DNA of 64,000 nt from Octopus vulgaris (GCA_951406725.2 OX597825.1:55986001-56050000); one strand, 5' to 3'; positions 42,986 to 54,826 are shown, counted from the stretch's first letter. The notes: generated from the letters alone by a model not told the origin. Program-made: numbers and translations.

Positions 42986-44244
42986 TAACGCTAATGTGTT
43001 TTTCTTCATATCATTTGTTTCTTGTGCGAATATTGTTGCAGAAAAGCACAGATACAGAAATACATCCAGTCTACGAGCAGCCATTTCAAACATAGTCTTA
43101 TCACTCACAAATTCTTCCTTCAGGATTGCAGAAAGGCGCAACACCACGTCCTTGACCATCTACGTATGACGTTTAAAAGAGGAATGCACATATCCATAAT
43201 TAAATAGAGGCTCCATGAACAACCTGGACTTTACCTAAGTGAGAGCAAAGGATGTAACCTTTGCTTGTTTAAAACAGCAAAAAAGAAAAAAAATGAAAAA
43301 CTCACTTGATTCAGAGACATTTTTAAGCCTCACCAAAAAACATGTTTAATCAATGTCCTCATCAGTGAAAATACGTATTTAAAACTTAGAATTCCCTGTT
43401 TGCCAACGAGGGAAATTCAACCAATTAAAGCCGGCCTGTCATAAATACAATCGGAATCGATCTAAAGTTTTTCCACTAGAGGCTTGTTCCGGAAGGGGTT
43501 TTATTTTTGTTTACAAAATTGACTGACTATGCTGTCTCCAGTTGTAAAGAAGTTATGTACCTCCGGCAAATGAGTCTAAGGAGTTGCCTCTACAGCTGAC
43601 CGGCTATAACAAACAATCTTTTAAAGGTGTATATATAATATTAAGTAGTCGTTGGTCAGAAACTTAACATTGGTTCTGCGTTTGTTAATCTTCTTAGCAA
43701 TATAAGCAACTAATCAGACCAGTCTTGGTCAGCATAGTCATTAAAAAGCCCTAAAACAAAATTCTTTGAAGCGAAAGCGGCTTCTGAGCAAGACAGAGCA
43801 ATCTCCCGTTGAACGGTTCCAGTTGTATCCGAAAAGTGTTAGCTTATGCACGTTTTCCATTCAAGTTATAGCGAGGTCTTCCTTGCATCTCATCCTTTTC
43901 GAGTTGCCACTAAAAACATTAACAACTGGTGTCGACTTAACCTGGATTACAAATCAGGAACTGGAGTCCTTGATGCGCTGCTGAGATTTCTTCAAGTTGG
44001 TTCCGGAAAATTCAAGCAAAGTCAGAGACATCAGGCGACAACTACCCTTGCTTATTACATCGGTTGCTTTGACAGGGGAAACACGTTTCATGGGTAAATA
44101 CCGGATTTCCATAAGGCTGGAATCAAGCTTGTGCATGCTCTGTACAATCCAGTATCGCTTCACATCACTCTGCCGACGTATATTATAACAAGACTTAACA
44201 TGCGCAGATCCTTACGTCACGATGCACAGGTATGATAAAGACTA

Positions 44245-44458
44245 TATATATCTATCAATATGACCGCGTGTGTATCGTTGGCGATTTTTTTCCTCCGTCT
44301 TCCCTTTGGAATTTTTCTATTTCTGATGAAGAATACCGCTCGAAACGTGAAATGCTCTTTCTTTTCTTTCCTTTCCTGAGCGTCCAATAACACTGTACTT
44401 ATTCCACGTCCTCGCGTTGTTGTTTTTTCTTGATTGTTCATGTTTGGATTGACTATAT
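44245..44458 (+). mobile_element. Short element with minimal hammerhead-like motif (44319-44353)
   Basis: ATTT-CTGATGA-agaataccgctc-GAAA-CGTG-AAAT; related to the 28828 and 41440 elements. Confidence 0.6.
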
Positions 44459-44519
44459 GTGTGTATGTATGTATGTATGTATGTATGTATGTATGTATGT
44501 ATGTATGTATGTATGTATG

Positions 44520-44610
<91 letters not shown>

Positions 44611-44935
44611 TTTTGGAGTCTAATAATACCCTGTACGCCTATTTGATTATGAAGATTTACAAACATACTTTCCCAGCGATACTCGGTTTACCTACCTTTA
44701 TAAATAATACCAAATGTTCTTTCTCAAACCTTTCATAATGTGATACAAGTCTTTGGTGTAGCAATTGCATGCGGTTGAAGAGGGCTTTTAAACTATCTGT
44801 TATGTCGATTATGCATTGATGTAAGAATAGGTTGCTTTGTAAAGCTCGAAACATATGTACCGCGACATCCTTTGTGTCCTGTTTTTCATTTTATTTCATT
44901 TGATACATCTATCTATCCATCTATCTATGTATCTA

Positions 44936-45008
<73 letters not shown>

Positions 45009-45013
<5 letters not shown>

Positions 45014-46645
45014 AAACAAGTAAAAAATAGAAAATGCTAAAATAATTTTATAGTGAACATTTCAGTACCGGTTTCGGTCATTTTGAGACCTTTTCAACTG
45101 TAACGATTAAATAATTAAATTTAGAAAAATTAGAAGAAAAGTTTTTTTAAAAGAATATTTCTATAGTAGTGTTCAGATTTAGGTGGCATTCTGCCTTTCT
45201 CTGACTCCCTTGTTTGCACTTGTGTGTTCGAGGTAGTTGTGAGTTCTTGGTAGGGTAGTAGAGGGAAGGCTGGTGAGGAAAGGGGGTGGGAGAATCTGGG
45301 AGTGCCCTGATGGTCGTATTTTGAATGGTCAGTGGCGGCTGGCAGTCTCAGTTCAATTCAGGATTGTTTATAGAATTAGCGTAGGTGTTATACTAAAAAA
45401 CATTAGTGACAAACTTAAGGGGTAGGGGGTGGAGAAGAAGAAGAAGAAGAAGGAGAAGATGATGGTGATGGTGGTGATGACTATGACGACGATGATGATG
45501 ATAACGATGATGATGAAGAAGAAGAAGAAGAAGAAGGAGGAGAAGGAGAAGATGGTGGTGATGATGGTGGTGATGATGATGACGCCGATGATGATGATAA
45601 CGATGATGATGAAGAAGAAGAAGAAGAAAAAAACAGAGAAGGGAGAATATGAATGGGTGTAAATATAGCTATGAAGGGGCTGATTAGTAATGGATTCTAT
45701 GGAGTGTAGTATTTGTGTGTGTATATATATTTTTTTCTTTTATTCTAAAGTTGAGGTATATTAATTGTTTGTCGTAGACCCGTTAAGAAGTGGCTTGTAT
45801 TTTGTAATAAAGAGATTTTCTTTACTTATTCTTTGTCTCGAGGTTGTATCGTCCCTAAATTGGTAGAGGGGGAAAATTCTGAAGTTTGGTGTTTTTTTGT
45901 TGGCGCAAGTATCTATGTGTTGGCTAAAAGCTATTTTTCTGTTTTGGGGAATTTTTATCTGGGATCTGTGCAGGGCCATTCGTTTACGCAAACCATTTTT
46001 TGTTTGGCCTATGTACTGCTCTTGACACCCGGAGCAGGTTAGTGAGTATATTAGGTTCTCCGAAGCACATGTGAAGTTGCTTTTCACTGTAAACCGTTGT
46101 CCCTGTTTGAAGGAGAACTCAGAACCCTCGATTAGATAGTCGCATATCCCGCAATTGGGTCTTCCACATTTTTTTACTGTCGGCTTCTGTGTTGAAGAGT
46201 GAATTCGGGCTTGTGTAAGGAGACTTTTCATGGATCTAGGCTGTCTTTTGCTTTTTATGATCGTGTGTGTTTGGAGGATTGTGTTCATTCTGTGGTCTTT
46301 TTTAGGAGGGGTATGTTGTGGAGGATGGTGTCGAAGGCTTCGTTATTGAGAGGGTTGTGTGTGGAGATGTATGGTAAGGCTTTTGGTTGTAAGTTTTTCT
46401 TTGATTTGGGATGTCTCAGTTCCTTGATGTTAAGTTGAAGGGCACGTTGAATGCACTTGTCAATAAGTGAAGGTGGATAGTTCCTGGTGATTAGGGTATC
46501 TTTTAGTTCTTGTAGTCGTGTGTCTCTGGTGTTTGCGTTAGAGACTATAGTGCATATCCTTTTGCTAGATTGAAGGGGATATTCATCCTGGTGTGTCTGG
46601 GATGGCATGAATTGAATGGAAGATATTGCTTAGAGTCTGTAGGCT
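45009..46645 (-). repeat. Inverted copy of the PLE 3' half (RT thumb, GIY-YIG, 3' UTR)
   Basis: Minus ORFs 45761-46288 and 46285-46608 reproduce the C-terminus of the 641-aa protein; the only differences seen are two 1-bp homopolymer deletions (~46290, ~46560). Confidence 0.95.
45063..45100 (-). ncRNA. Minimal type I hammerhead ribozyme (U3-A8 variant), inverted-arm copy
   Basis: Exact reverse complement of 49249-49286. Confidence 0.75.
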
Positions 46646-46650
46646 GAGTT

Positions 46651-48588
46651 GAATGGGCTGAGTTGAACAAATTAAAACTAGATAAAACAATAACAATCAA
46701 AGAGGCCGATAAAGGGAGTGCTGTTGTCTTAATGGATACGACATTTTACATAACTTTGGTACTTTCTATGCTGGAAGACACAACATACTATGAAAAGGCA
46801 CAAAACTACAGTCAACAAAAAATAATGAGGGAACTAAAATCCATATTAAACCCATACAAAGCAGGGCTCACCGACAAAGAATATGATTATATGACCAATT
46901 TCACAAGTAAAACTAGCCAATTCTACGGTATACCTAAGATCCACAAAAGTGAAAAAATAAGCAACGCATGCAAGATAGCTACAGACAAAATAATTAAAGT
47001 CCCTAATCCTAATGACCTCAAATTGAGACCCATAATAGCAGGTCCCGCATGCGAAACCCACCGCCTCAGTAACTTTTTAGACACCCTGTTAAAACCACTC
47101 CTCAAACATGTCAAAAGCTATATAAGGGACGACTTAGATATGCTCAATCACCTACCGAATACTATAAACAAAAACACCATACTGGTATCCTTCGATGTAG
47201 TCAACCTCTACTCCAATATCCCCCACAACCTAGGACTAGAGGCAATCCAATTCTGGCTAGAGAATCACGCCAACGAACTACCACACCGCATCAAAAAAGA
47301 ATTTGTGATAGAAGGGGTTAAATTCATCCTGGAAAATAACTTCTTCGCCTTCAATGACAACTTCTACCGACAAAAATCGGGGACTGCGATGGGTACACGA
47401 ATGGCCCCCTCCTTTGCCAACCTAGTCATAGGATACCTAGAGATCAGTCTGTATCGTAAGGTTCTAGAAAGATATGGCAGCCCTTTCTCCATCTACATAG
47501 AAAACAACTGGAAGAGATATCTAGATGACTGTTTCATCCTTTGGCATAAAAATATAGAAAAACTCATAGAATTCCAGAAAATTTTAAACGGACTGGACGT
47601 AAACATCCAATTCACGATGGAATATAGCCAACAACAACTCCCCTTCCTCGATATCCTCATTAAGAAAGCTAATAATATAATAGAAACAGACATATACTAT
47701 AAGCCTACAGACTCTAAGCAATATCTTCCATTCAATTCATGCCATCCCAGACACACCAGGATGAATATCCCCTTCAATCTAGCAAAAAGGATATGCACTA
47801 TAGTCTCTAACGCAAACACCAGAGACACACGACTACAAGAACTAAAAGATACCCTAATCACCAGGAACTATCCACCTTCACTTATTGACAAGTGCATTCA
47901 ACGTGCCCTTCAACTTAACATCAAGGAACTGAGACATCCCAAATCAAAGAAAAACTTACAACCAAAAGCCTTACCATACATCTCCACACACAACCCTCTC
48001 AATAACGAAGCCTTCGACACCATCCTCCACAACATACCCCTCCTAAAAAAAGACCACAGAATGAACACAATCCTCCAAACACACACGATCATAAAAAGCA
48101 AAAGACAGCCTAGATCCATGAAAAGTCTCCTTACACAAGCCCGAATTCACTCTTCAACACAGAAGCCGACAGTAAAAAAATGTGGAAGACCCAATTGCGG
48201 GATATGCGACTATCTAATCGAGGGTTCTGAGTTCTCCTTCAAACAGGGACAACGGTTTACAGTGAAAAGCAACTTCACATGTGCTTCGGAGAACCTAATA
48301 TACTCACTAACCTGCTCCGGGTGTCAAGAGCAGTACATAGGCCAAACAAAAAATGGTTTGCGTAAACGAATGGCCCTGCACAGATCCCAGATAAAAATTC
48401 CCCAAAACAGAAAAATAGCTTTTAGCCAACACATAGATACTTGCGCCAACAAAAAAACACCAAACTTCAGAATTTTCCCCCTCTACCAATTTAGGGACGA
48501 TACAACCTCGAGACAAAGAATAAGTAAAGAAAATCTCTTTATTACAAAATACAAGCCACTTCTTAACGGGTCTACGACAAACAATTAA
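46651..48588 (+). CDS. Penelope-like reverse transcriptase + GIY-YIG endonuclease (5'-truncated, uninterrupted)
   Basis: IKEADKG, FYGIPKIHK, LRPII, SFDVVNLYSNIP, GTAMGTRMAPSFANL, RYLDD, LPFLDILI, YYKPT, SCHP; Cys-rich linker CGRPNCGIC..FTC; LIYSLTCSGCQEQYIGQT..R...H..H..E; frame opens at the junction (EWAELNKLK) with no native ATG. Confidence 0.95.
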   Translation, partial: EWAELNKLKLDKTITIKEADKGSAVVLMDTTFYITLVLSMLEDTTYYEKAQNYSQQKIMRELKSILNPYKAGLTDKEYDYMTNFTSKTSQFYGIPKIHKSEKISNACKIATDKIIKVPNPNDLKLRPIIAGPACETHRLSNFLDTLLKPLLKHVKSYIRDDLDMLNHLPNTINKNTILVSFDVVNLYSNIPHNLGLEAIQFWLENHANELPHRIKKEFVIEGVKFILENNFFAFNDNFYRQKSGTAMGTRMAPSFANLVIGYLEISLYRKVLERYGSPFSIYIENNWKRYLDDCFILWHKNIEKLIEFQKILNGLDVNIQFTMEYSQQQLPFLDILIKKANNIIETDIYYKPTDSKQYLPFNSCHPRHTRMNIPFNLAKRICTIVSNANTRDTRLQELKDTLITRNYPPSLIDKCIQRALQLNIKELRHPKSKKNLQPKALPYISTHNPLNNEAFDTILHNIPLLKKDHRMNTILQTHTIIKSKRQPRSMKSLLTQARIHSSTQKPTVKKCGRPNCGICDYLIEGSEFSFKQGQRFTVKSNFTCASENLIYSLTCSGCQEQYIGQTKNGLRKRMALHRSQIKIPQNRKIAFSQHIDTCANKKTPNFRIFPLYQFRDDTTSRQRISKENLFITKYKPLLNGSTTNN

Positions 48589-49248
48589 TATACCTCAACT
48601 TTAGAATAAAAGAAAAAAATATATATACACACACAAATACTACACTCCATAGAATCCATTACTAATCAGCCCCTTCATAGCTATATTTACACCCATTCAT
48701 ATTCTCCCTTCTCTGTTTTTTTCTTCTTCTTCTTCTTCATCATCATCGTTATCATCATCATCGGCGTCATCATCATCACCACCATCATCACCACCATCTT
48801 CTCCTTCTCCTCCTTCTTCTTCTTCTTCTTCTTCATCATCATCGTTATCATCATCATCGTCGTCATAGTCATCACCACCATCACCATCATCTTCTCCTTC
48901 TTCTTCTTCTTCTTCTCCACCCCCTACCCCTTAAGTTTGTCACTAATGTTTTTTAGTATAACACCTACGCTAATTCTATAAACAATCCTGAATTGAACTG
49001 AGACTGCCAGCCGCCACTGACCATTCAAAATACGACCATCAGGGCACTCCCAGATTCTCCCACCCCCTTTCCTCACCAGCCTTCCCTCTACTACCCTACC
49101 AAGAACTCACAACTACCTCGAACACACAAGTGCAAACAAGGGAGTCAGAGAAAGGCAGAATGCCACCTAAATCTGAACACTACTATAGAAATATTCTTTT
49201 AAAAAAACTTTTCTTCTAATTTTTCTAAATTTAATTATTTAATCGTTA

Positions 49249-49286
49249 CAGTTGAAAAGGTCTCAAAATGACCGAAACCGGTACTG
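49249..49286 (+). ncRNA. Minimal type I hammerhead ribozyme (U3-A8 variant) in PLE 3' pLTR
   Basis: CAG-TTGAAAA-GGTCtcaaaatGACC-GAAA-CCGG-TA-CTG: stem I CAG/CTG, palindromic stem III ACCGGT, GUA site after 49283. Confidence 0.78.
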
Positions 49287-49373
49287 AAATGTTCACTATA
49301 AAATTATTTTAGCATTTTCTATTTTTTACTTGTTTTTTCATATATATCAACTCGTGTGTTCCTTTTCACCCTT

Positions 49374-49466
<93 letters not shown>

Positions 49467-49480
49467 TGTATGTATGTATA

Positions 49481-49858
49481 TGGTTGGCACTCCGTCGGTT
49501 ACGACGACGAGGGTTCCAGTTGATCTGATCAACGAAACAGCCTGTTCGTGTAATTAACGTGCAAGTGGCTGAGCACTCCACAGACACGTGTACCCTTAAC
49601 GTAGTTCTCGGGGAGATTCAGCGTGACACATTGGGACAAGGCTGGCTCTTTGAAATACAGGTACAACAGAAACAGGAAGAGAGAGTGAGAGAAAATTTTG
49701 GTGAGAGAGTACAGCAGGGTTCGCCCCCTCCCTGCCGGACCCTCGAGGAGCTGTAGGTGTTTTCGCTCAATAAACACTCAGAACGCCCGTTCTGGGAATC
49801 GAAACCGCGATTCTACGACCGCGAGTCCGCTGCCCTAACCACTGGGCCATTGCGCATC
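49481..49858 (-). mobile_element. tRNA-derived SINE family C
   Basis: Head ATGGCCCAGTGGTTAGGGCAGCGGACTCGCGGTCG..GGTTTCGATTCC shared with 53614; tail shared with 30908. Confidence 0.88.
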
Positions 49859-49971
49859 TACTATATATATATATACATGCAGATACATACAAACACGCAC
49901 ATGTATGTGTAAATGTATACGTGTATGTGTGTGCGCGCGCGTGTGTGTACACGTGTGTGTGTGTGTATATA

Positions 49972-51402
49972 CGAGGGTGGTCTCAAAAGTTCATAGGCAA
50001 ACTATGAAGGAGTTGTGCCAAAGTCGTGAAAACTTGCATGTATTAATTTCAACTATTATTATTAATACGTGCATTAAGGCGGCGAGCTGGCAGAATCGGT
50101 AGCATGCCGGGAAAATGCTTAACAGTATTTCGTCTGCTGCTGTGTTCTGAGTTCATATTCCGCCGACTTTGCCTTTCATCATTTCGGGATCGATGTAATA
50201 AGTGCCAGTCACGTACAAGGTTTGATGTAATCGACTAGTCCCTTCCGCCAATATTTTCAAGGCCTTGTGCATGAAGTAGAAATAATTATTAAGTGCATCG
50301 TTTCTTTCCAGGCCAAATGACATTGACAGGTCAGAAAAGATTTCGAAAGTAACTAGTAGCAAATTCTCTTGGAAAGGGACAACATTTGGCATCATTGTGT
50401 AATCAAATGCCTGCAGAAAAAAAGGGTCTAACCCTCAACATCATTCATGCTGTCATCGATAGAATGACGTGCTATCTTTATCAATAATGCAAAAGTGGGA
50501 AGCTTCATTTCGTAGAGAGGTGAGAGTTTTGAAGATAACCCAAGTTTTGGACATCTTGCAACTGCAACCACTGATAAAAACATTGATCGCATTCACCACA
50601 AGCAGATGGATGACAGCGGAAGGACTATAAATCAAATAGCCAATATTAACATATCCTGGTGAGAGGGGACAATATTCACAATGAATTTGACATGACGAAG
50701 CTTACTGCTTAGCGAGTTCCACGTCGTCTGACACCTGATCAAAGCATAACCAAATTACCGGAATATCTGACACTGTCTGGGAGAGATCCAGCTGATTTCC
50801 ATGAACATTTCTTAACCCAGGATGAATGTTCGCTTCATCATTTTGAGCCAGAGGCAAAGCGAAATCCGTACCTCTTCTCACCTAATCCAAAGAACCAAAG
50901 AAGACCAAGGTCGTTTCATCTGCCAGGAAGGTGACAGCCTCAGTTTATTGGTTTACGAAAGGTATTATGCTTACTATGTTCAAAATGGCCACAGCATCAA
51001 TGGTGAGTAGTATGCGAATTGCTGAGGCACTCCCAGGAAAAATAAGGGGTCTTGTATCATCAGGACATTACTCCGGCTCACAAGTCTTGATTTCAATAGC
51101 TGCTTAACACGAATGTGGCTTTGGTTAATCACACTCATGATTTTCCTGATTTGGCCTCATCTGTTCCGGAACATGAAAGAACACATGACTGGGAACCAGT
51201 TTTCGCATGAATGATGACGTCATAAATATTGGTGATGACTTTTTCCCCAACAGGATTAAATGACTTTTACCAACGTGATCCAAGCGCTGCAATACCGACA
51301 GAAGACGTGTGTGGACTGCAAGGGGCAATATGTTGAAAAATAAATCTGCTTTGGTCACATTCATGATTTATCTTGTTCAGACTATGAACTTTCCAGCCGA
51401 CC
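49972..51402 (+). mobile_element. Decayed mariner transposon interrupted by a SINE-B (50076-50290)
   Basis: Imperfect TIRs cgagggtggtctcaaaagttcatag / ctatgaactttccagccgacc; remnants LTQDEC, GVLYHQDITPAHK. Confidence 0.75.
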
Positions 51403-51484
51403 TATATATATGTATGTATATATATATATATATAAATATATATGTATATATATGTATATACATGTATATATATATGTGTATGTA

Positions 51485-51531
<47 letters not shown>

Positions 51532-51921
51532 ATACATACATATATATATGTATGTATGTATGTATGTATATATATATGTATATATATATATACATATGTA
51601 TGTATATGTATACACACACATATATAAGCATATATATACATATATGAACACATTTATAGGTACGTATGGATGTATGGATGTAAAACATTTTCATCTCTGT
51701 TATTAACTGTTAACCTAGTTTGAACTATATTTCGATCTGAAAAACAAGCAGCTTTTGTTCTTAGATGCTTCCTTCACAAATATATGTCTACACACAGGAA
51801 CATATATACGAAAATGAATAAATACACTAACATACACAGACATACATACATATATAAATAGACACACACACATACACACATATATATGTCTATATATTAT
51901 CAATGCATATATATGCATACA

Positions 51922-51983
<62 letters not shown>

Positions 51984-52347
51984 AAGAAAGAGAGACAGGG
52001 AGAGGGAGGGCTAAGTCAATTTGTATAAATACATATAGGAGACGTATGTCTCCTACTTACAGTCATAAATATCTGTGAATGTATTATTAATTATTTATTA
52101 TTCAACACTTTATCGACTTCGTTACGTCTTTGTCGCTATCGTGACCAGAAATAACAGAAAATCGTAAAGCCACATATCTCATTAAAGGAAAACACTAAAT
52201 AAAAACTTTAAGTAAAATTAATCAACTAAATAATTAATTACATACTTCCAACACAAACTCTCCCTAGCTTCCAAATATGGTTGAGTATATGTCTTAGGCA
52301 TGTGCGAAACGTGATTGGGCAGCGTGTGGAATTTTCGTTCCAATGTA

Positions 52348-53294
52348 TTGGGTTATCGGATAATTTCGATTACTTCTTTCCAATGTTATTTGAATTAACA
52401 CGAGCATTATTTTTATCGCAGTGTTTTATGCGTTTTGGTTGTTGTTTTGTTTTGTTTTGTTTATTTATTTTTATTTTGTCGTATCCTTCCTCTGCAATCT
52501 TACTTATCCTCTTTTTGAAATTTGAATAAATGTTATCATTTTTTTTTTAGATATACGTTTATGGAGTTCCAAGTAGAAAAAAGTGACCGTTTTCGATACT
52601 TGTTTCTCTTCGCTTTCAAATTTCAAACAAGGCTTCATATCTGCCAAAGCCGCTCGAGATATTTGTGCTGCGAACGGTAAAAGCGCCATGACTGAAAGAA
52701 CTGCACAGAAATGATTCCCACGCTTCAAGAATAAGAAATTTAACCTCACGGTCTCTCCGTGTTCCGGCTAACTCGTTCATTTCAATGGGAATCGATTTAA
52801 CGAGCTTATTCACGAGAATGCGTGCCAATCCACTAAAGAATTCGCTCAGCAGATGGAATGTTCTCACGACTATCGTTTCCCATTACATTCAGTCGATAGG
52901 TAAGGTCCAAAAATTTGGTGCAATTGAGCCACAGATTCTGAACAAAAGAGACAAACTACAGCACTCTTCTGTTGCCACTAGTTTGCTCAAGCATCCACCG
53001 TTCTACTGTACTCAACGTATTCTCCGCACAAAGCTCATTTAGATTATAGCCGTTTTAGTCTCTACCCAAAGAATTTCACTCAAGATCGATGTAGAAATGA
53101 AAAGTCGTTCGATGAATTCTGTGAGTCATGACCAATGATTTATACCGTCATGGCATTGATAGCCTAGTGGAATATTGGTAAGAAGTCGAGAACAATGAAG
53201 GAACATATGTTACTGACTGATGTATTAAAGCTGTCGAAGAAAAATAACGGTCTAGATAAAAGAAGAAACTGAATGAATTTATCTGCCAACTTAA
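52348..53294 (+). mobile_element. Internally deleted mariner transposon
   Basis: TIR-like ttgggttatcggataatt / aatttatctgccaacttaa with TA flanks; HTH remnant AKAARDICAANGKSAMTERTAQK.FPRFK. Confidence 0.75.
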
Positions 53295-53522
53295 TAAGCG
53301 TTCCTTTCGGGTAACAAATTTATGTTTCTCGGGTCTATGATGGCCTAAAATATATTTTAAAAGACTCATTCCTGGTGCGAAATATGTGCATGCATGTGTA
53401 TGTGTGTATGCATGTATGTATGTATGTATGTATGTATGTATGTATGTATGTATGTATGTATGTATGCATGCATGCATGCATGCATGCATGTATGTATGTA
53501 TGTATGTATGTATGTATGCATG

Positions 53523-53591
<69 letters not shown>

Positions 53592-53613
53592 ATATAAGTG
53601 GTTATATGTATAT

Positions 53614-53911
53614 AATGGCCCAGTGGTTAGGGCAGCGGACTCGCGGTCGTAGGATCACGGTTTCAATTCCCAGACCGGGCGTTCTGAGTGTTTATTGAGC
53701 GAAAACATCCAAAGGTACACGAGGCCCCGGCAGGAGGTGGTGGCGATCCCTGCTGTACTCTTTCGCCACAACTTTCTCTCACTCTTTCTTCTGTTGGCCT
53801 GCTCGCTTAGCCAGCGGGGTGGCGTCATTTGAAGGCTAAAACAATGCGAAGCGCATTGTGACCAGCGATGTGTAGCAACATCTCATAGCCTGGTCGGTAA
53901 CGGTGATCACG

Positions 53912-53915
<4 letters not shown>
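53614..53915 (+). mobile_element. tRNA-derived SINE family C with alternative 3' half
   Basis: Head nearly identical to the 49481-49858 copy; diverges after ~53790. Confidence 0.85.
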
Positions 53916-53943
<28 letters not shown>

Positions 53944-54584
53944 CGCACACACAACACACACACAAACTACAAACATATAGTCTATAAATGGACATTATAT
54001 TCGTATTTGCTTGTGAGACATTCTACTTCTTTTAAGTGCACCATTAAGGGGAATCCTACAGCCCTGTTTCATTTAATAAGGTGACCAAAAACATACATCA
54101 TCGAGTATTATATGAAATGGGAAAACGCAGAAGAGCAGCACATCATATACCATTGGCACAAGGGGGTGTCATTTACATATTGCGGCAAAGTGAACTATAC
54201 TAAAGAACATCAAATGCATAAAACAATATCTCGGTAGATATTGCCTGTTCACCTGCCTTCAGTCGTATGTATGGAAACGTCACAAAAGTAATAAATGCAA
54301 AGGTGCACGTACAACAAACCTACGTGTAACCTGCAGTCAGCCTACACTACGCAACACACTATTTCTTATAGCTGAATACACAAGCTTAAGCAGCACTCCT
54401 ATCTTTTGCTTGGATATAACTGAAATGAGCCATCATCATGTCACACTCCCTTATTTACTGGAAAATTCGTAAGGTTATTTTCAGTATTTTTGTTATATTG
54501 ACTAACTCTGAAATTTGTCACCCACCTTGTAGTGGGGAGCAAATCACTGACTTAAAAGTTAATTATTCATAATCTTCGCTATAT

Positions 54585-54618
54585 TGCGCATGACAGGAAG
54601 ATATTTCCAAAATGGCGG
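54585..54618 (+). promoter_or_regulatory. Possible promoter/enhancer motif cluster (NRF1-like, ETS-like, YY1-like)
   Basis: TGCGCATG, CAGGAAG and CAAAATGGCGG within 34 bp of non-repetitive sequence. Confidence 0.3.
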
Positions 54619-54826
54619 TTCAAAACGATTACACGTGTGTATTTTATTTCTCTGGTGATTCTATATATTTTCAAAAACATCTCTTTCTGAGATATTAAGT
54701 TATCATTGGTAGAGTCTCGGAAAAAACGAGTTTACTGTTTTCTGCAATATATGAGTCAAATATACACATCCTTATATAAAAACAACCACACACACATATA
54801 TAAAAACAACCACACACACATATATA

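Larger units (their letters stand above)
45002..49376 (+). mobile_element. Young Penelope-like retroelement with inverted 5' pLTR, inserted in (TA)n
   Basis: RT+GIY-YIG ORF; 45009-46645 is reverse complement of 47702-49340; extra 3' tail 49348-49376; TA repeats on both sides. Confidence 0.95.

Noticed and set aside
43200-44200. Non-repetitive stretch that looks like decayed coding sequence (also 40400-40800 and 29700-30160)
   Set aside because: No motif could be recognised confidently; probably old TE remnants, needs BLASTX
45761-46608. Apparent separate GIY-YIG nuclease gene on the minus strand
   Set aside because: It is the inverted, frameshifted duplicate of the PLE ORF 3' half
53614-53680. 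tRNA-like sequence (also other SINE heads)
   Set aside because: Continues into a SINE body and is multi-copy; not called as a tRNA gene
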